The position numbers and the translations under genes were made by a program. From Gammaproteobacteria bacterium (lineage in GTDB: Bacteria; Pseudomonadota; Gammaproteobacteria; Poriferisulfidales; GCA-002705445), in assembly GCA_038114285.1 (NCBI GenBank), contig JAYNQN010000004.1:16681-76840 (forward strand): DNA of 60,160 bases, written 5' to 3'. Positions 1 to 11,306 of the stretch are shown in pieces. The first letter of the stretch is position 1. Each line of letters begins with the position of its first letter. The notes below the pieces were generated by a model. The model worked only from the letters and a program-made list of their open reading frames with translations. It had not been told where the DNA came from and did no database searches.

Positions 1-973
1 CTCCAGGATAATCTAATCCTGCAGAAATGCTGTGTGTCTCAATTATTTGTCCATTTTCATCTTCAAGCAAGTAAGTTCTATTTCCATGTAAAACACCTAC
101 TTTTCCTTTATTTAGTGGGGCAGAATGTTTTTCTGTCTCTAGTCCATCGCCAGCTGCCTCAACACCAAACATTTTTGCATCACCATCAATAAAGGGATAA
201 AAAAGACCAATTGCATTTGAGCCGCCGCCTACACAAGCAACCAATGCGTCAACTTTTTTATCAATATCTTTCATTTGCTCTATTACCTCTCTTCCAATAA
301 TAGCTTGAAAATCTCTTACAAGTTCTGGGTAGGGAGAGGGACCAGCAACAGTACCTATTATATAAAAAGTATTATCAACATTTGTAACCCAATCTCTTAG
401 TGCCTCATTTAATGCATCTTTCAATGTTTTAGATCCTGAAGTTACCGGAACAACTTCAGCACCTAGCAGTTTCATCCTATAAACATTTTGAGATTGACGA
501 TATATATCCTGTTCTCCCATAAAAACAACACATTCCATACCCAGCCTTGCAGCCACAGTTGCTGATGCAACTCCATGTTGTCCTGCGCCTGTCTCTGCAA
601 TAATTCTTGATTTACCCATTTTTTTTGCCAATATTGCTTGTCCAATTGTATTGTTGATTTTATGAGCGCCTGTATGACATAAATCCTCTCTCTTTAAAAA
701 TATATTTGCACCATTAATTTTTTTTGTTAGTCTTTCAGCGAAATACAAAGGAGTTGGTCTACCGACATAATTCTCGTACTCAGAATATAGTTCTTTTAAA
801 AAATCACTGTCTTTTTTTAAATGATGATACATCTCTTTTAGATTAGTTAATGGCTCTATAAGGGTTTCAGCAACAAAAGTACCGCCAAATATTCCATAAT
901 GACCGTTCTTATCAGGATAGCCGTACCTGACTAGATTAAAATCATTTAAATTTTTATTTTGATTAGATTTCAT
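1..973 (-). CDS. trpB: tryptophan synthase beta subunit (3' end runs off the window; about 324 codons present)
   Basis: Absent from the ORF track because it is truncated. My minus-strand translation from ATG 973..971 gives [42 protein letters not shown]. The in-frame PLP-lysine motif [10 protein letters not shown] is encoded around 650..679. The start overlaps the trpF stop by 11 nt. Confidence 0.9.
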   Translation of the reverse strand, partial: MKSNQNKNLNDFNLVRYGYPDKNGHYGIFGGTFVAETLIEPLTNLKEMYHHLKKDSDFLKELYSEYENYVGRPTPLYFAERLTKKINGANIFLKREDLCHTGAHKINNTIGQAILAKKMGKSRIIAETGAGQHGVASATVAARLGMECVVFMGEQDIYRQSQNVYRMKLLGAEVVPVTSGSKTLKDALNEALRDWVTNVDNTFYIIGTVAGPSPYPELVRDFQAIIGREVIEQMKDIDKKVDALVACVGGGSNAIGLFYPFIDGDAKMFGVEAAGDGLETEKHSAPLNKGKVGVLHGNRTYLLEDENGQIIETHSISAGLDYPG

Positions 974-1583
974 TTTTAACTTTTTTTATAAACTCTCTAA
1001 TTAAATTAGTATCTTTATTTCCAAAACTGGACTCTACTCCACTACTTACATCAACACCATATGGCAAAAACGTTTTAATTGCATCCTCTACATTATCACA
1101 ATTCAATCCACCAGCAATTATAATAGGTTTAGTAGTATTAAAAGAGTTTTTTGACCAATCAAAAGTCTTGCCTGTTCCACCTAAACCGTCGCTATCATGA
1201 CTATCAATTATGAAAGCTTCTGCGTGGGGATATTTTTTATCCAAATCTTTGTTTTCATTATTTTTACTGGAGATTCCCTTAAAATAAGGAAAATTAAATT
1301 TAGTACATTTTTCATCTTCTTCGTCTCCATGAAATTGGATCAAATCTACTTTAATTTTGCTTATTATTGATTTTATATAGTTATCATCATCATTAGAAAA
1401 TAAAGCAACAACCGAAATATGTTTTTTTAAAGCTAGAATAATTTCTTCAGCTCTTTCTACAGATATACATCTCTTGCTTTTTTTACAAAAAACTAAGCCA
1501 ATATAGTCAGCACCACAATTTTGTGCCTCTAAAGCTGTTTCAACATCATTAATACCACATATTTTTACTTTCGTTTTTCTCAT
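963..1583 (-). CDS. trpF: phosphoribosylanthranilate isomerase
   Basis: 206-aa ORF. VKICGI and GADYIGLVF motifs, TIM-barrel PRAI length, directly upstream of trpB. Confidence 0.85.
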   Translation of the reverse strand: MRKTKVKICGINDVETALEAQNCGADYIGLVFCKKSKRCISVERAEEIILALKKHISVVALFSNDDDNYIKSIISKIKVDLIQFHGDEEDEKCTKFNFPYFKGISSKNNENKDLDKKYPHAEAFIIDSHDSDGLGGTGKTFDWSKNSFNTTKPIIIAGGLNCDNVEDAIKTFLPYGVDVSSGVESSFGNKDTNLIREFIKKVKNEI

Positions 1584-1598
1584 AATATAATATTATAA

Positions 1599-2381
1599 TT
1601 AAATAAATTTTGGGAAATAAATATCTTTATCTAAATTATACTTCATATCGTATTCAATACTAACAAGATATAAGCCTTTAGACGGAAATTGCTTGCCGGC
1701 TATATTTCTATTCTTTGAAATAAGTAAGTTTTTTAACCAACTTATACTCTTTTCTCCTGACCCAACAAGAACCAATGAACCTACTATATTTCTCACCATG
1801 TTATAAAGAAAAGAGTTTGCATTAAAATCAATATAAATAAAATCATTTTCTCTAGATACAACTATCTTATTAATCTTTCTTACTGGAGAATTTGATTGGC
1901 AGTTAGCAGACCTAAAACATGAAAAATCCATTTCACCTATAAGACTTTTTGCAGCCTTCTGCATTTTATATTCATCTAAATTTTTTAAATAGTACCAGGC
2001 AACCTTATTTCTATAAATACAAGGCTTCACTTTATTATTATAAATTACATATCGATAAGTTCTGTTAATTGCGGAAAATCTTGCATGAAAATCATCATCA
2101 ACAAATTTTACAAATTTTATTTTTATATCTTCTGGTAAATATGTATTAAGACCAAAAAGCCAACTATCCTCTGATCTTGAAACTTGTGAATCGAAATGAG
2201 CTATTTGCCCAGTAGCATGAACACCAGCATCTGTTCTACCTGCAACAAATAGCTTTATATTTTCTTGTGAAAATTTAAATATTGCTTCCTGTATTTTTCC
2301 TTGAATGGTATTTGGGTCTTTTTGTTCCTGCCAACCATAATAATTTTTACCGTCATACTCAATTGACAATAATATTCTCAT
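1599..2381 (-). CDS. truA: tRNA pseudouridine(38-40) synthase
   Basis: 260-aa ORF. The N-terminus MRILLSIEYDGKNYYGWQ and catalytic-Asp motif GRTDAGVHA are typical of TruA. Confidence 0.9.
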   Translation of the reverse strand: MRILLSIEYDGKNYYGWQEQKDPNTIQGKIQEAIFKFSQENIKLFVAGRTDAGVHATGQIAHFDSQVSRSEDSWLFGLNTYLPEDIKIKFVKFVDDDFHARFSAINRTYRYVIYNNKVKPCIYRNKVAWYYLKNLDEYKMQKAAKSLIGEMDFSCFRSANCQSNSPVRKINKIVVSRENDFIYIDFNANSFLYNMVRNIVGSLVLVGSGEKSISWLKNLLISKNRNIAGKQFPSKGLYLVSIEYDMKYNLDKDIYFPKFI

Positions 2382-2388
2382 AAAATTT

Positions 2389-3411
2389 TTACAAATAATC
2401 TCTGATTAATAATTCTGCTATTTGGACACTATTAGTTGCTGCGCCTTTTCTTATATTATTACTCACAACCCACATATTAATACCATTATTAATGGATATA
2501 TCTTCCCTAACTCTACCAACAAATACTTCATTACTATCTTCGCACTCGTTTGCAGCACATGGGTAACCACCATCTTTATGTTCATCAATTAAAATAACAT
2601 TACTATTTTTACTTTTTAATATTTTTTTAACTTCTGTTGCTGTAATTTTATTCTCTAGTTCTAAATGTACAGCTTCAGAATGGCCGTAAAAAACAGGAAC
2701 TCTTACAGTAGTTGGGTTTACCTCTATATTATTATCTAAAATCTTTTTTGTTTCCCAGACCATTTTCATTTCTTCTTTTGTGTATCCATTTTCCATGAAT
2801 TTATCTATTTGAGGAATCACATTAAAAGCAATTTGTTTTGGATATACTTTTGAGAAAATTTCTTTATTCTCCACATATGATTTTACCTGGTCATTCAATT
2901 CATTTACTGCTTCATTTCCAGAACCAGATACCGCTTGATAAGTACATACATTTATTCTCTTAATTTTACAGACATCATGAATTGGTTTGATTGCAACCAA
3001 CATTTGAATTGTTGAGCAATTTGGGTTTGCAATTATTCCTGTATTAACATATTTTGATATCTCTTCTCCATTAACTTCAGGAACTATTAATGGAATATTT
3101 TCTTCATATCTAAAAAAAGATGTATTATCTATTACTATTGTATTTTTTTTTGTAGCTTCAATAGCATATTTCTCAGATATATTGCCACCAGCTGAAAAAA
3201 GCGCTATATCTGTATCATTAAAATCAAAACCATCTAATGATTCTACTATATAGCTGTTATTTGCAATTGTTATTTCTTTACCTTCAGAACTTTTACTCGC
3301 AAGCAAATACAGCTTATTAAAAGGAAATTTTCTCTCAAGTAATACCTTGATCATCATTTTTCCCACGGCACCTGTAGCCCCAACTATAGCAACATTATAT
3401 TTCTTAGCCAT
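2389..3411 (-). CDS. asd: aspartate-semialdehyde dehydrogenase
   Basis: VAIVGATGAVG Rossmann motif and active-site NPNCSTIQ. I prefer ATG 3411 (MAKKYNV), preceded by AAGGTGA, over the GTG at 3420 in the ORF track. Confidence 0.9.
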   Translation of the reverse strand: MAKKYNVAIVGATGAVGKMMIKVLLERKFPFNKLYLLASKSSEGKEITIANNSYIVESLDGFDFNDTDIALFSAGGNISEKYAIEATKKNTIVIDNTSFFRYEENIPLIVPEVNGEEISKYVNTGIIANPNCSTIQMLVAIKPIHDVCKIKRINVCTYQAVSGSGNEAVNELNDQVKSYVENKEIFSKVYPKQIAFNVIPQIDKFMENGYTKEEMKMVWETKKILDNNIEVNPTTVRVPVFYGHSEAVHLELENKITATEVKKILKSKNSNVILIDEHKDGGYPCAANECEDSNEVFVGRVREDISINNGINMWVVSNNIRKGAATNSVQIAELLIRDYL

Positions 3412-4489
3412 TTGTCTCACCTTTTATTTTTTCAACTATATAATTTCCCATATTGTCTGTTGATATAAAATTATCAGTTGTTGAGATATCTTTTGTAAAT
3501 TTTTTATCTTTTAAAGTTAATTTTACGGCATTTAAAATGCTATTATAAATATCTAATCTTTCAAAGGTATGTTGAAACATCATTGCTACTGATAATATTG
3601 TAGCAATTGGATTAACAATATCTTTACCTGCTATATCAGGCGCAGAACCATGGATAGGTTCGTAAACACCAAATTTTTTTTCATTTAAAGAAGCTGATGG
3701 TAACATTCCAATAGATCCAGTTAAAACAGAAGCAATATCTGAAAGTATGTCACCAAATAAATTTTCAGTAACGATAACATCAAACTGTTTTGGATTTTGC
3801 ACCAATTGCATTGCTGCATTATCAACATACATATGAGAAAGCTCTACACTCTCGTATTTTTTAGATAGTTGACTGACTGTAGATCTCCATAATTGAGAAA
3901 CCTCAAGAACATTTGCTTTATCTACAGAACACAACTTTTTACTTCTATTATTTGCTAAATTTAATGCATATTCTGAAATCCTACTTATTTCATTTACATT
4001 ATATCTCATTGTATTAAATGCTTCTGTATTATCTTCATTAAAACCACGAGGCTGACCAAAATATAAGCCACTTATTAGTTCCCTTATAATAACTATATCC
4101 AAATTATCTACATATTCGCTTTTTATAGATGAAGAATTAGATAATTCAGAAAATGAAATAATTGGACGAATATTTATAAAAAGATTAAGTTGCTTTCTTA
4201 ACTCTAGTAATCCTGACTCAGGCTTTTTTTCTTTGGGCAATTGATCATATTTTTCTCCCCCAACTGCGCCTAATAAAATAGCATCAGCTTTATTTATTTC
4301 GTTTTTAGTCTCTTCTGGAAATGGCTTACCATGTTTTTCTACAGCAATTCCGCCAAATAAAGCCTCACTAATTTCTATATTTAAATTATAAATGTCAGCT
4401 ACTTTATTGATAACCTTTCTTGCCTGTTTTGTTACTTCAGGACCTACACCGTCACCAGGAAGAATCAAAATTTTCATCATCTTATTCAC
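3404..4489 (-). CDS. leuB: 3-isopropylmalate dehydrogenase
   Basis: [11 protein letters not shown] and NLFGDILSD motifs. Follows leuD with a 1-nt gap; the true start may be one of the Met codons in MNKMMK. Confidence 0.9.
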   Translation of the reverse strand: MNKMMKILILPGDGVGPEVTKQARKVINKVADIYNLNIEISEALFGGIAVEKHGKPFPEETKNEINKADAILLGAVGGEKYDQLPKEKKPESGLLELRKQLNLFINIRPIISFSELSNSSSIKSEYVDNLDIVIIRELISGLYFGQPRGFNEDNTEAFNTMRYNVNEISRISEYALNLANNRSKKLCSVDKANVLEVSQLWRSTVSQLSKKYESVELSHMYVDNAAMQLVQNPKQFDVIVTENLFGDILSDIASVLTGSIGMLPSASLNEKKFGVYEPIHGSAPDIAGKDIVNPIATILSVAMMFQHTFERLDIYNSILNAVKLTLKDKKFTKDISTTDNFISTDNMGNYIVEKIKGETNG

Positions 4490-4490
4490 A

Positions 4491-5117
4491 TTATACCCAA
4501 GGCATTTTTTCAGCTCTTTTGTTTTCGTATTCTTTTATTTTATCGCTTAACTTTAAAGTTTCAGAGATATCATCTATACCCTTAATTAATACTTCTTTTC
4601 TACGATTATCAATTTTAAATTTTATTAATAAACCATTTGATTGTATTGATTGATTTTCTAAATTCACAGTAAAATTATTATTTTTCTTATCAATATTTTC
4701 TTTTATCTTTTCAATATCATTCTCATCTAAAATAATTGGCAATAATCCATTTTTAAAACAGTTATTATAAAAAATATCTGCAAAACTAGTTGATATTACA
4801 ACATAAAAACCATAATCCATTAAAGCCCAAACGGCATGTTCTCTAGATGAGCCACAGCCAAAATTTTCTCCTGTAACTAATATTTGTGCATTCTTATACA
4901 TCGGTTCATATAGGAAGCAATCTGGATTTTTTTTTCTAATACTATGGTCATCACCTAAATTACCCGGCTCCAAATATCGCCAGTCATCAAATAAATTTTC
5001 ACCAAAACCCTCTCTTGTTACGGCTTTAAGGTATTGTTTCGGTATAATTGCGTCTGTATCTATATTCTTTCTATCAATATAAGCTGCGTTTGATTTTATT
5101 TCTCTAAATTTTTTCAT
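4491..5117 (-). CDS. leuD: 3-isopropylmalate dehydratase small subunit
   Basis: 208 aa with the GENFGCGSSREHA motif. Immediately downstream of leuC. Confidence 0.9.
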   Translation of the reverse strand: MKKFREIKSNAAYIDRKNIDTDAIIPKQYLKAVTREGFGENLFDDWRYLEPGNLGDDHSIRKKNPDCFLYEPMYKNAQILVTGENFGCGSSREHAVWALMDYGFYVVISTSFADIFYNNCFKNGLLPIILDENDIEKIKENIDKKNNNFTVNLENQSIQSNGLLIKFKIDNRRKEVLIKGIDDISETLKLSDKIKEYENKRAEKMPWV

Positions 5118-5119
5118 TT

Positions 5120-6520
5120 TTATATATCTCTTACATCTACAAAATGGCCATGTATTGCTGCCGCTGCTGCCGTTGCAGGACTAACCAAATGAGTCCTACC
5201 TAATCTTCCCTGTCTTCCTTCAAAATTTCTGTTTGAAGTAGAAGCACACCTTTCATATTCGTTTAATTTATCATCATTCATTCCTAGGCACATTGAGCAA
5301 CCGGGGCTTCTCCATTCAAAACCAGATTTAATAAAAACTTTATCAAGACCTTCTTTCTCAGCCGCTTGTTTAACTAAACCAGAGCCAGGGACAATGATTG
5401 CACTTTTAATATTTTTTGCTACTTTTTTATTTTTAACTATATTTGCAACAATTCTTAAATCCTCTATTCTAGAGTTAGTGCAAGAGCCTATAAATATTTT
5501 ATCTAGTTCTATTGAATTAACATTTTGTTTTTCTTTAAGGCCCATATATGAAAATGCTTTTAGCAAATCTTCTCTTGTAGCTGAGAATTTTTCATCATCT
5601 AGATCTGGTAATTTTCCATCTATACCTACTGCCATCTCTGGAGATGTTCCCCATGTTACCATTGGACTTGATTTACTTATATCAACTTCAATTGTTTTAT
5701 CATATATTGAATCAGCATCAGAAGCTAAACTTCTCCAATATTTCTTTGCCTTTACAAGATTTTCATCTTTTGGCGAGTAAGGTTTATTTTCAACATAACT
5801 TAATGTCTTTTCATCAACTGCAATTAATCCTGTTGTTGCGCCAGCTTCTATAGTCATATTGCATAATGTCATTCTTGCTTCCATGGATAAATCTGTGATT
5901 GATGAACCTGTATACTCAATCGCATAACCAGTTCCTCCTGCGGTGCCAATTTGACTAATTATTAGCAATGCTAAATCTTTAGAATAAAAATGTTTAGGCA
6001 TTTTTCCATTAACCTTAATGTTCATATTTAATGATTTTTTCTGTAATAAACATTGGGTAGCTAGCACATGTTCAACTTCAGATGTTCCTATGCCAAATGC
6101 AAGTGAAGCTAGCGCACCATGTGTAGAAGTATGCGAATCACCACATACTACAGTCATGCCTGGTAACAGTATTCCTTGTTCTGGGCCAACAACATGAACA
6201 ATTCCCTGCCTAATATCCTCAAGATCAAATTTTAATAAATTATTATTTTTACAATTTTTATTTAATGCATCGACTTGTATTTTAGATATAGGATCCTTAA
6301 TTCCATCTCCGCGCATTTTAGTAGGGACATTATGATCAGGAACTGCCATTATACTTTTCTTATCCCATATAGCTCTTCCAGCTTGGCGAAGACCTTCAAA
6401 TGCTTGCGGTGAAGTAACCTCATGTATGAGATGTTTATCAATATAAATTAAACTATAGCCGTTGTCATAAGAATGAATATGATGTTCATCCCAAAGCTTG
6501 TCATATAAAGTTTTTTTCAT
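5120..6520 (-). CDS. leuC: 3-isopropylmalate dehydratase large subunit
   Basis: 466 aa. Aconitase-family Fe-S ligand motifs [18 protein letters not shown] and CSMCLGMN. Confidence 0.95.
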   Translation of the reverse strand: MKKTLYDKLWDEHHIHSYDNGYSLIYIDKHLIHEVTSPQAFEGLRQAGRAIWDKKSIMAVPDHNVPTKMRGDGIKDPISKIQVDALNKNCKNNNLLKFDLEDIRQGIVHVVGPEQGILLPGMTVVCGDSHTSTHGALASLAFGIGTSEVEHVLATQCLLQKKSLNMNIKVNGKMPKHFYSKDLALLIISQIGTAGGTGYAIEYTGSSITDLSMEARMTLCNMTIEAGATTGLIAVDEKTLSYVENKPYSPKDENLVKAKKYWRSLASDADSIYDKTIEVDISKSSPMVTWGTSPEMAVGIDGKLPDLDDEKFSATREDLLKAFSYMGLKEKQNVNSIELDKIFIGSCTNSRIEDLRIVANIVKNKKVAKNIKSAIIVPGSGLVKQAAEKEGLDKVFIKSGFEWRSPGCSMCLGMNDDKLNEYERCASTSNRNFEGRQGRLGRTHLVSPATAAAAAIHGHFVDVRDI

Positions 6521-6533
6521 AATTTTTTAAAAT

Positions 6534-7730
6534 TTAAATATCTGTATGATTTGATTTTACTAAGATAAGAGACACAATAAAACCTAAAAAAGCAAATAAT
6601 GATGCGAATAAATAAACACCAGATCCTCCAAAGGACTCCCAAAAATAACCGCTATAAAAGCTACCAATTGAACCACCAAGGCCAAAACTTATACTAGAAT
6701 ATAATGCCTGTCCTCTACCTTGAAGCTCACCAGTAAAAAACTCATGTATTAATGAAATTGATACCGCATGATACATCCCATAAGTAACAGCATGAAATAA
6801 TGTAGCTAATGTGACAATATAAATGTTCTCTGGAAATATTGAAATTAACAGCCACCTAATAGAAGCAAATAAAAAACTTATTATAAATAATTTTTCTAAC
6901 CCAAGCTTTGGTATCCATGAAGATATTTTTATAAAGATTAGTATTTCAGCAATAACTCCAAGCACCCATATAAAACCAATTGAATTTGTGCTATAGCTAT
7001 TTTCAGATAAGTAAATTGCAAAAAAAGCATAAAAAGGCCCATGACTTAATTGCATTAGAAAACATGATAATAATATTCCTATGACAACTGGTTTAAGAGT
7101 AATACTTAAAAAAGAATTATTATGTTTTTTCTGATTAATGCTTGTATTTTTAATAAAAAGAGTAGTAATAAAAGTTAGAAGCAAAAGAAATAAAATACAA
7201 ATGGGTACAATTTGTATTCCATAATAATTTGTCAAGAACGAAAGTGACAGCACTGATATAATAAATCCAAGAGAACCCCATAATCTTATTTGACTATAGT
7301 TATTATAAGAAGTACCCAAAGAATTCATCGTCACCGCTTCAAATTGCGGAAGTGATGCATTCCAAAAAAAACTAAAGAAAAAAATTAACAAAGACATGCT
7401 AATAAAATTTTCTATTGAAGATGCAAAAGAAAATATTATCAAACAACTTAATGCCCCAAATTGTATTACTCTGTGCCTTAAGCCTGTTTTATCAGCAATC
7501 CATCCCCATAAATTTGGAGCAATAATTTTTGTGCCAATCATTACGCCTGTAATTACTCCAATTTCATAAGCATTAAAATTTTTATAATTTAAATATAATG
7601 GCCAAAATGGTAAAAAAGCTCCTAAAGTAGAAAAATAAAAAAAATAAAAAGATGAAAGGTTGAGAAAAGACCTGTTAAACATTATAGGAGATTCTAATAT
7701 ATTTCCCTTATAAACTTTATTCTTTTTCAA
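6534..7730 (-). CDS. MFS transporter (HcaT / phenylpropionate-permease-like subfamily)
   Basis: About 12 predicted TM helices. The N-terminal pattern FYFFYFSTLGAFLPFWPLYL resembles HcaT-type MFS_1_like proteins. The start may be Met17 (about 7682). Substrate unknown. Confidence 0.6.
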   Translation of the reverse strand: MKKNKVYKGNILESPIMFNRSFLNLSSFYFFYFSTLGAFLPFWPLYLNYKNFNAYEIGVITGVMIGTKIIAPNLWGWIADKTGLRHRVIQFGALSCLIIFSFASSIENFISMSLLIFFFSFFWNASLPQFEAVTMNSLGTSYNNYSQIRLWGSLGFIISVLSLSFLTNYYGIQIVPICILFLLLLTFITTLFIKNTSINQKKHNNSFLSITLKPVVIGILLSCFLMQLSHGPFYAFFAIYLSENSYSTNSIGFIWVLGVIAEILIFIKISSWIPKLGLEKLFIISFLFASIRWLLISIFPENIYIVTLATLFHAVTYGMYHAVSISLIHEFFTGELQGRGQALYSSISFGLGGSIGSFYSGYFWESFGGSGVYLFASLFAFLGFIVSLILVKSNHTDI

Positions 7731-7828
7731 TTTAATGTATTTCCTTATTTAAAAATTTAAGACTATATTAAAAATTTAGGGTTTTTATTTATGTTAAACA
7801 AATAAAAATTATATGGACTATTTTTTAT

Positions 7829-8890
7829 TTATAAATTTTGAGCCTTATTTCTTAAAGCGTGATCAATTAGAACTAAAGCAAGCATTGCCTCAGCAATTGG
7901 CACAGCTCTTATTCCTACACAAGGATCATGTCTTCCTTTTGTTACAATAACCGAGTCTTTTCCTTTATTACTTATTGTTTTTCCCGGTATTCTTATGCTG
8001 GAAGTTGGCTTTATAGCAATGCTTATTTCTAGATCTTGCCCAGAGGTTATACCCCCTAAAGTTCCTCCAGCATTATTACTCAAAAAACCTTTTTTTGAAT
8101 CAATTTCATCTCTATGCTCTGTTCCCTTTTGAGTTACAGATAAAAAACCAGCCCCAATTTCTACAGCTTTTACCGCATTGATACTCATCATTGCTTTAGC
8201 GATATCCGCATCAATTCTATCAAAAACTGGTTCACCTAGGCCTGCTGGGACATTAGTTGCTATAACATTAATTCTTGCCCCAATAGAATTTCCTTCTTTT
8301 CTTAAAGCATCCATATAATCCTCAAGTTCTTTTACCTGATCTTTATTAGGAAAAAAGAAAGAGTTATTTTCTATATCTTTATAATTTACTTTATCTGCTT
8401 TTATTGGGCCCAGCTGAGATACAAAGCCTTGGATATCAAGGTTAAAATTTTCTTTTAAATATATTTTTGCAATTGCTCCTGCAGCAACTCTTGTAGCAGT
8501 TTCTCTGGCAGATGATCTTCCTCCGCCTTTATAATCTCTTGTTCCATACTTTTTATCGTAAGTTATATCGGCATGACCAGGTCTATACAGATCTTTTATA
8601 TCTGAATAATCTTTACTTCTAGCATCCTCATTGTAGATAATTAAACTAATTGGAGTGCCAGTCGTTTTACCTTCAAAAACCCCAGATAGAATTTCAACTT
8701 TATCAGGTTCTCTTCTTTGAGAGGTATGTCTTGTCTTGCCTGGCTTTCTTCTATCTAAATCTTTTTGAATATCTTTAATATCAATCTTGAGATTTGGCGG
8801 GCAACCATCTATGATACACCCTATAGCTTCACCATGACTTTCGCCATAAGTGGTTACTTTAAATAATTGTCCATGACTATTTCCTGGCAT
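7829..8890 (-). CDS. aroC: chorismate synthase
   Basis: 353 aa. [21 protein letters not shown]-terminus and GRHDPCVG motif. Confidence 0.95.
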   Translation of the reverse strand: MPGNSHGQLFKVTTYGESHGEAIGCIIDGCPPNLKIDIKDIQKDLDRRKPGKTRHTSQRREPDKVEILSGVFEGKTTGTPISLIIYNEDARSKDYSDIKDLYRPGHADITYDKKYGTRDYKGGGRSSARETATRVAAGAIAKIYLKENFNLDIQGFVSQLGPIKADKVNYKDIENNSFFFPNKDQVKELEDYMDALRKEGNSIGARINVIATNVPAGLGEPVFDRIDADIAKAMMSINAVKAVEIGAGFLSVTQKGTEHRDEIDSKKGFLSNNAGGTLGGITSGQDLEISIAIKPTSSIRIPGKTISNKGKDSVIVTKGRHDPCVGIRAVPIAEAMLALVLIDHALRNKAQNL

Positions 8891-8930
8891 ATCACTATTG
8901 TACCAAAAATTACGGGTTATAATAAAAAAA

Positions 8931-9797
8931 ATGAAAGAAAATATAAAAAAACTTGTTAACCAATTTAAAATAACGTTATTTCATATAGCCCCGCTTCATC
9001 TTATATCGAATATAACCTTTCGTTTATCAAGAATAGAAGATTTTACAATTAAAAATTTCTTAATAAAAACGTATATATCGATTTTTAAGATAAAGCTTGA
9101 TGAATATAAGATAAAAGATATTGACGAATACTTGTCTTTAAATGATTTTTTTACCAGAGAACTTGACTTATCTTTTAGAAAACCTTTATTAAGTGATGAT
9201 AATATTATTTCCCCATGTGATGGGACTATAGCAGGGTTTGGTGATATTAATAACGATACATTTATTCATGCTAAAAACCATAAGTACTCTGCAAAAGAAT
9301 TAATTCATGAGAATACAAAAATTTTTGATAACGGAAAATTTATTAATATTTATCTTGAGCCAAAAGATTGCCATAGAATTTATATGCCATGCGATGCGAT
9401 GCTCACAAAAGTAACTCATGTACCTGGCTCTCTTTTTAGTGTTGCTCCTTATGCTACCAAAGGAATACAAAAATTGTACTCAAGAAATGAAAGAGTTATT
9501 TTATCTTTTCAAAATGCAAAATTTAAAATATCTTTAGTAATGATTGGAGCTGTTAATGTTGGATGTATTTCTTTATCCGATAAAGGAATTATAGCGCCTG
9601 CAAAATATAGAGATAGTATTATAGAATTTGATAAACAAAATAAAAAATATGAGTATAAAAAAGGACAAGAGATTGGTATGTTTAATTTAGGCTCAACAGT
9701 TATTATGTTAATTAGCGGTGTAGATGTTAATTGGGAAGATAACATAATCACTAATAATAAAATTCTAATTAGAGATGAAGTTTTAAAACTGTCTTAA
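8931..9797 (+). CDS. psd: phosphatidylserine decarboxylase proenzyme
   Basis: FNLGSTVI self-cleavage (LGST) motif near the C-terminus. The ORF track starts at TTG 8898; ATG 8931 (MKENIKK) fits homologue length better. Confidence 0.85.
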   Translation: MKENIKKLVNQFKITLFHIAPLHLISNITFRLSRIEDFTIKNFLIKTYISIFKIKLDEYKIKDIDEYLSLNDFFTRELDLSFRKPLLSDDNIISPCDGTIAGFGDINNDTFIHAKNHKYSAKELIHENTKIFDNGKFINIYLEPKDCHRIYMPCDAMLTKVTHVPGSLFSVAPYATKGIQKLYSRNERVILSFQNAKFKISLVMIGAVNVGCISLSDKGIIAPAKYRDSIIEFDKQNKKYEYKKGQEIGMFNLGSTVIMLISGVDVNWEDNIITNNKILIRDEVLKLS

Positions 9798-10363
9798 AAT
9801 TTTACTCTTGAGACATATTCCTTTGAGCGAGTATCTATTTTTATAACGTCATTTTGATTTATAAAAAGCGGCACTTGTATTAATACACCTGTCTCTAAAG
9901 TTGCTGGTTTTGTTGCTTTTGATGTTGTATCACCCTTTAGTCCTGGCTCTGTATGTTCCACTAATAATTCTACGAATATGGGTAATTCTACACCTATAGG
10001 ATTATTGTTAAAAAAAGTAACAATACATTCTTCTTCACCTTTAAGCCATTCCTTACCAGAAGAAAGAATGACTTTATCGATAGGAATTTGTTCAAAGCTT
10101 TCCAAATCCATAAAGTAATAATTGGAATCATCATTATATAAATATTGCATTACAGATGATTGGACATCAGCAGAATCCAAGCTGTCCCCAATTTTTAAAG
10201 TTTTTTCATTAACGCGACCATTAATTAAATTTTTTAACTTTATTTTGCTAAATGCTTGCCCTTTTCCAGGCTTATGAAAAGAATTTTCTATGATCTCATA
10301 AGGGTCATTATTAATCATAACTTTAAGGCCATTCTTAATATTACTTGTATTATAACTTGCCAT
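9794..10363 (-). CDS. efp: elongation factor P
   Basis: 189 aa. The KPGKGQAF loop carries the modified Lys. Its stop shares TTAA with the psd stop. Confidence 0.95.
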   Translation of the reverse strand: MASYNTSNIKNGLKVMINNDPYEIIENSFHKPGKGQAFSKIKLKNLINGRVNEKTLKIGDSLDSADVQSSVMQYLYNDDSNYYFMDLESFEQIPIDKVILSSGKEWLKGEEECIVTFFNNNPIGVELPIFVELLVEHTEPGLKGDTTSKATKPATLETGVLIQVPLFINQNDVIKIDTRSKEYVSRVKF

Positions 10364-10369
10364 ATGTAA

Positions 10370-11251
10370 TTAACTATTTATTAATAAAAATTCAATTCTA
10401 GATTCTATAGATGGATGACTACTGAATAAACTTTTATACCTACTCTCATTCTTGCCAGATATTCCAAATGCCGCCATCTGATCTGGTAATGCACTACTAG
10501 ATTTTTTTGATAAAGCCTTCAGTGCTGAAATCATTTTTGTTGATCCAACTAAATTTGCCGCAGATAAGTCTGCCTGAAATTCTCTCTTTCTAGAAAACCA
10601 CATTACAATTATACTTGCTAAAATTGATAAAAGAATTTGAGCAATAATACTAGTTATATAATATGCTGGACCATGACCTCTTTGAACTTTAAAAACAACT
10701 CTATCAACAATATGGCCAATAACTCTAGAAAAGAAAATGACAAATGTATTCACAATTCCTTGTATTAAAGTCATAGTTACCATATCACCATTTGAGATAT
10801 GAGAAATTTCATGTGCTATCACTGCTTCAATTTCATCTTTATTCATATGGTTAATTAAGCCCGAACTTAATGCAACAAGAGAGCTATTTTTTGAAAAACC
10901 AGTTGCAAAAGCATTAGGTTGTTGAGAATCAAATATACCAAACTCAGGGGTTTTTATATTTGCTTTTTGTGATATAGATTGAACTCTTTCAAGCAGCCAT
11001 TTTTCAGTTTCATTAGATGGGTCATCTATCAAAATGACTCCCATACTTCTTTTTGCCACCCATTTAGACATTAATAAAGAAATAAACGAGCCAGTAAAAC
11101 CAATTATAGAAGAAATAAATAAAAGAGAATTTATATTTAAGTCTACACCTTGTTTGTCAAGCACACCTTCAACGCCAAATAAAGACATTGTAATACTCAA
11201 AACAATAAGTATTGCAAAATTAGTGCCTAGAAATAATGCTATTCTCAACAT
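10370..11251 (-). CDS. htpX: membrane zinc protease HtpX
   Basis: MLRIALFLGTNFAILIV N-terminus, HEISHISNGD (HExxH) motif and MWFSRKREFQAD. Collinear with E. coli HtpX from memory. Confidence 0.9.
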   Translation of the reverse strand: MLRIALFLGTNFAILIVLSITMSLFGVEGVLDKQGVDLNINSLLFISSIIGFTGSFISLLMSKWVAKRSMGVILIDDPSNETEKWLLERVQSISQKANIKTPEFGIFDSQQPNAFATGFSKNSSLVALSSGLINHMNKDEIEAVIAHEISHISNGDMVTMTLIQGIVNTFVIFFSRVIGHIVDRVVFKVQRGHGPAYYITSIIAQILLSILASIIVMWFSRKREFQADLSAANLVGSTKMISALKALSKKSSSALPDQMAAFGISGKNESRYKSLFSSHPSIESRIEFLLINS

Positions 11252-11306
11252 TTGCTAATAATTAAATAAATTTAAATTAATATGTATTATATTATTATAC
11301 TCACAA

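Noticed and set aside
5394-5780. 128-aa plus-strand ORF inside leuC. Similar antisense ORFs occur at 18853..19236 (pepA), 32344..32712 (pstC), 57046..57387 (rpsA), 12530..12859 (helicase) and 4420..4653 (leuB/leuD).
   Set aside because: All are antisense to highly conserved genes whose own frames are clearly the coding ones. Their translated products are low-complexity with no domain signatures. I treat them as frame shadows.
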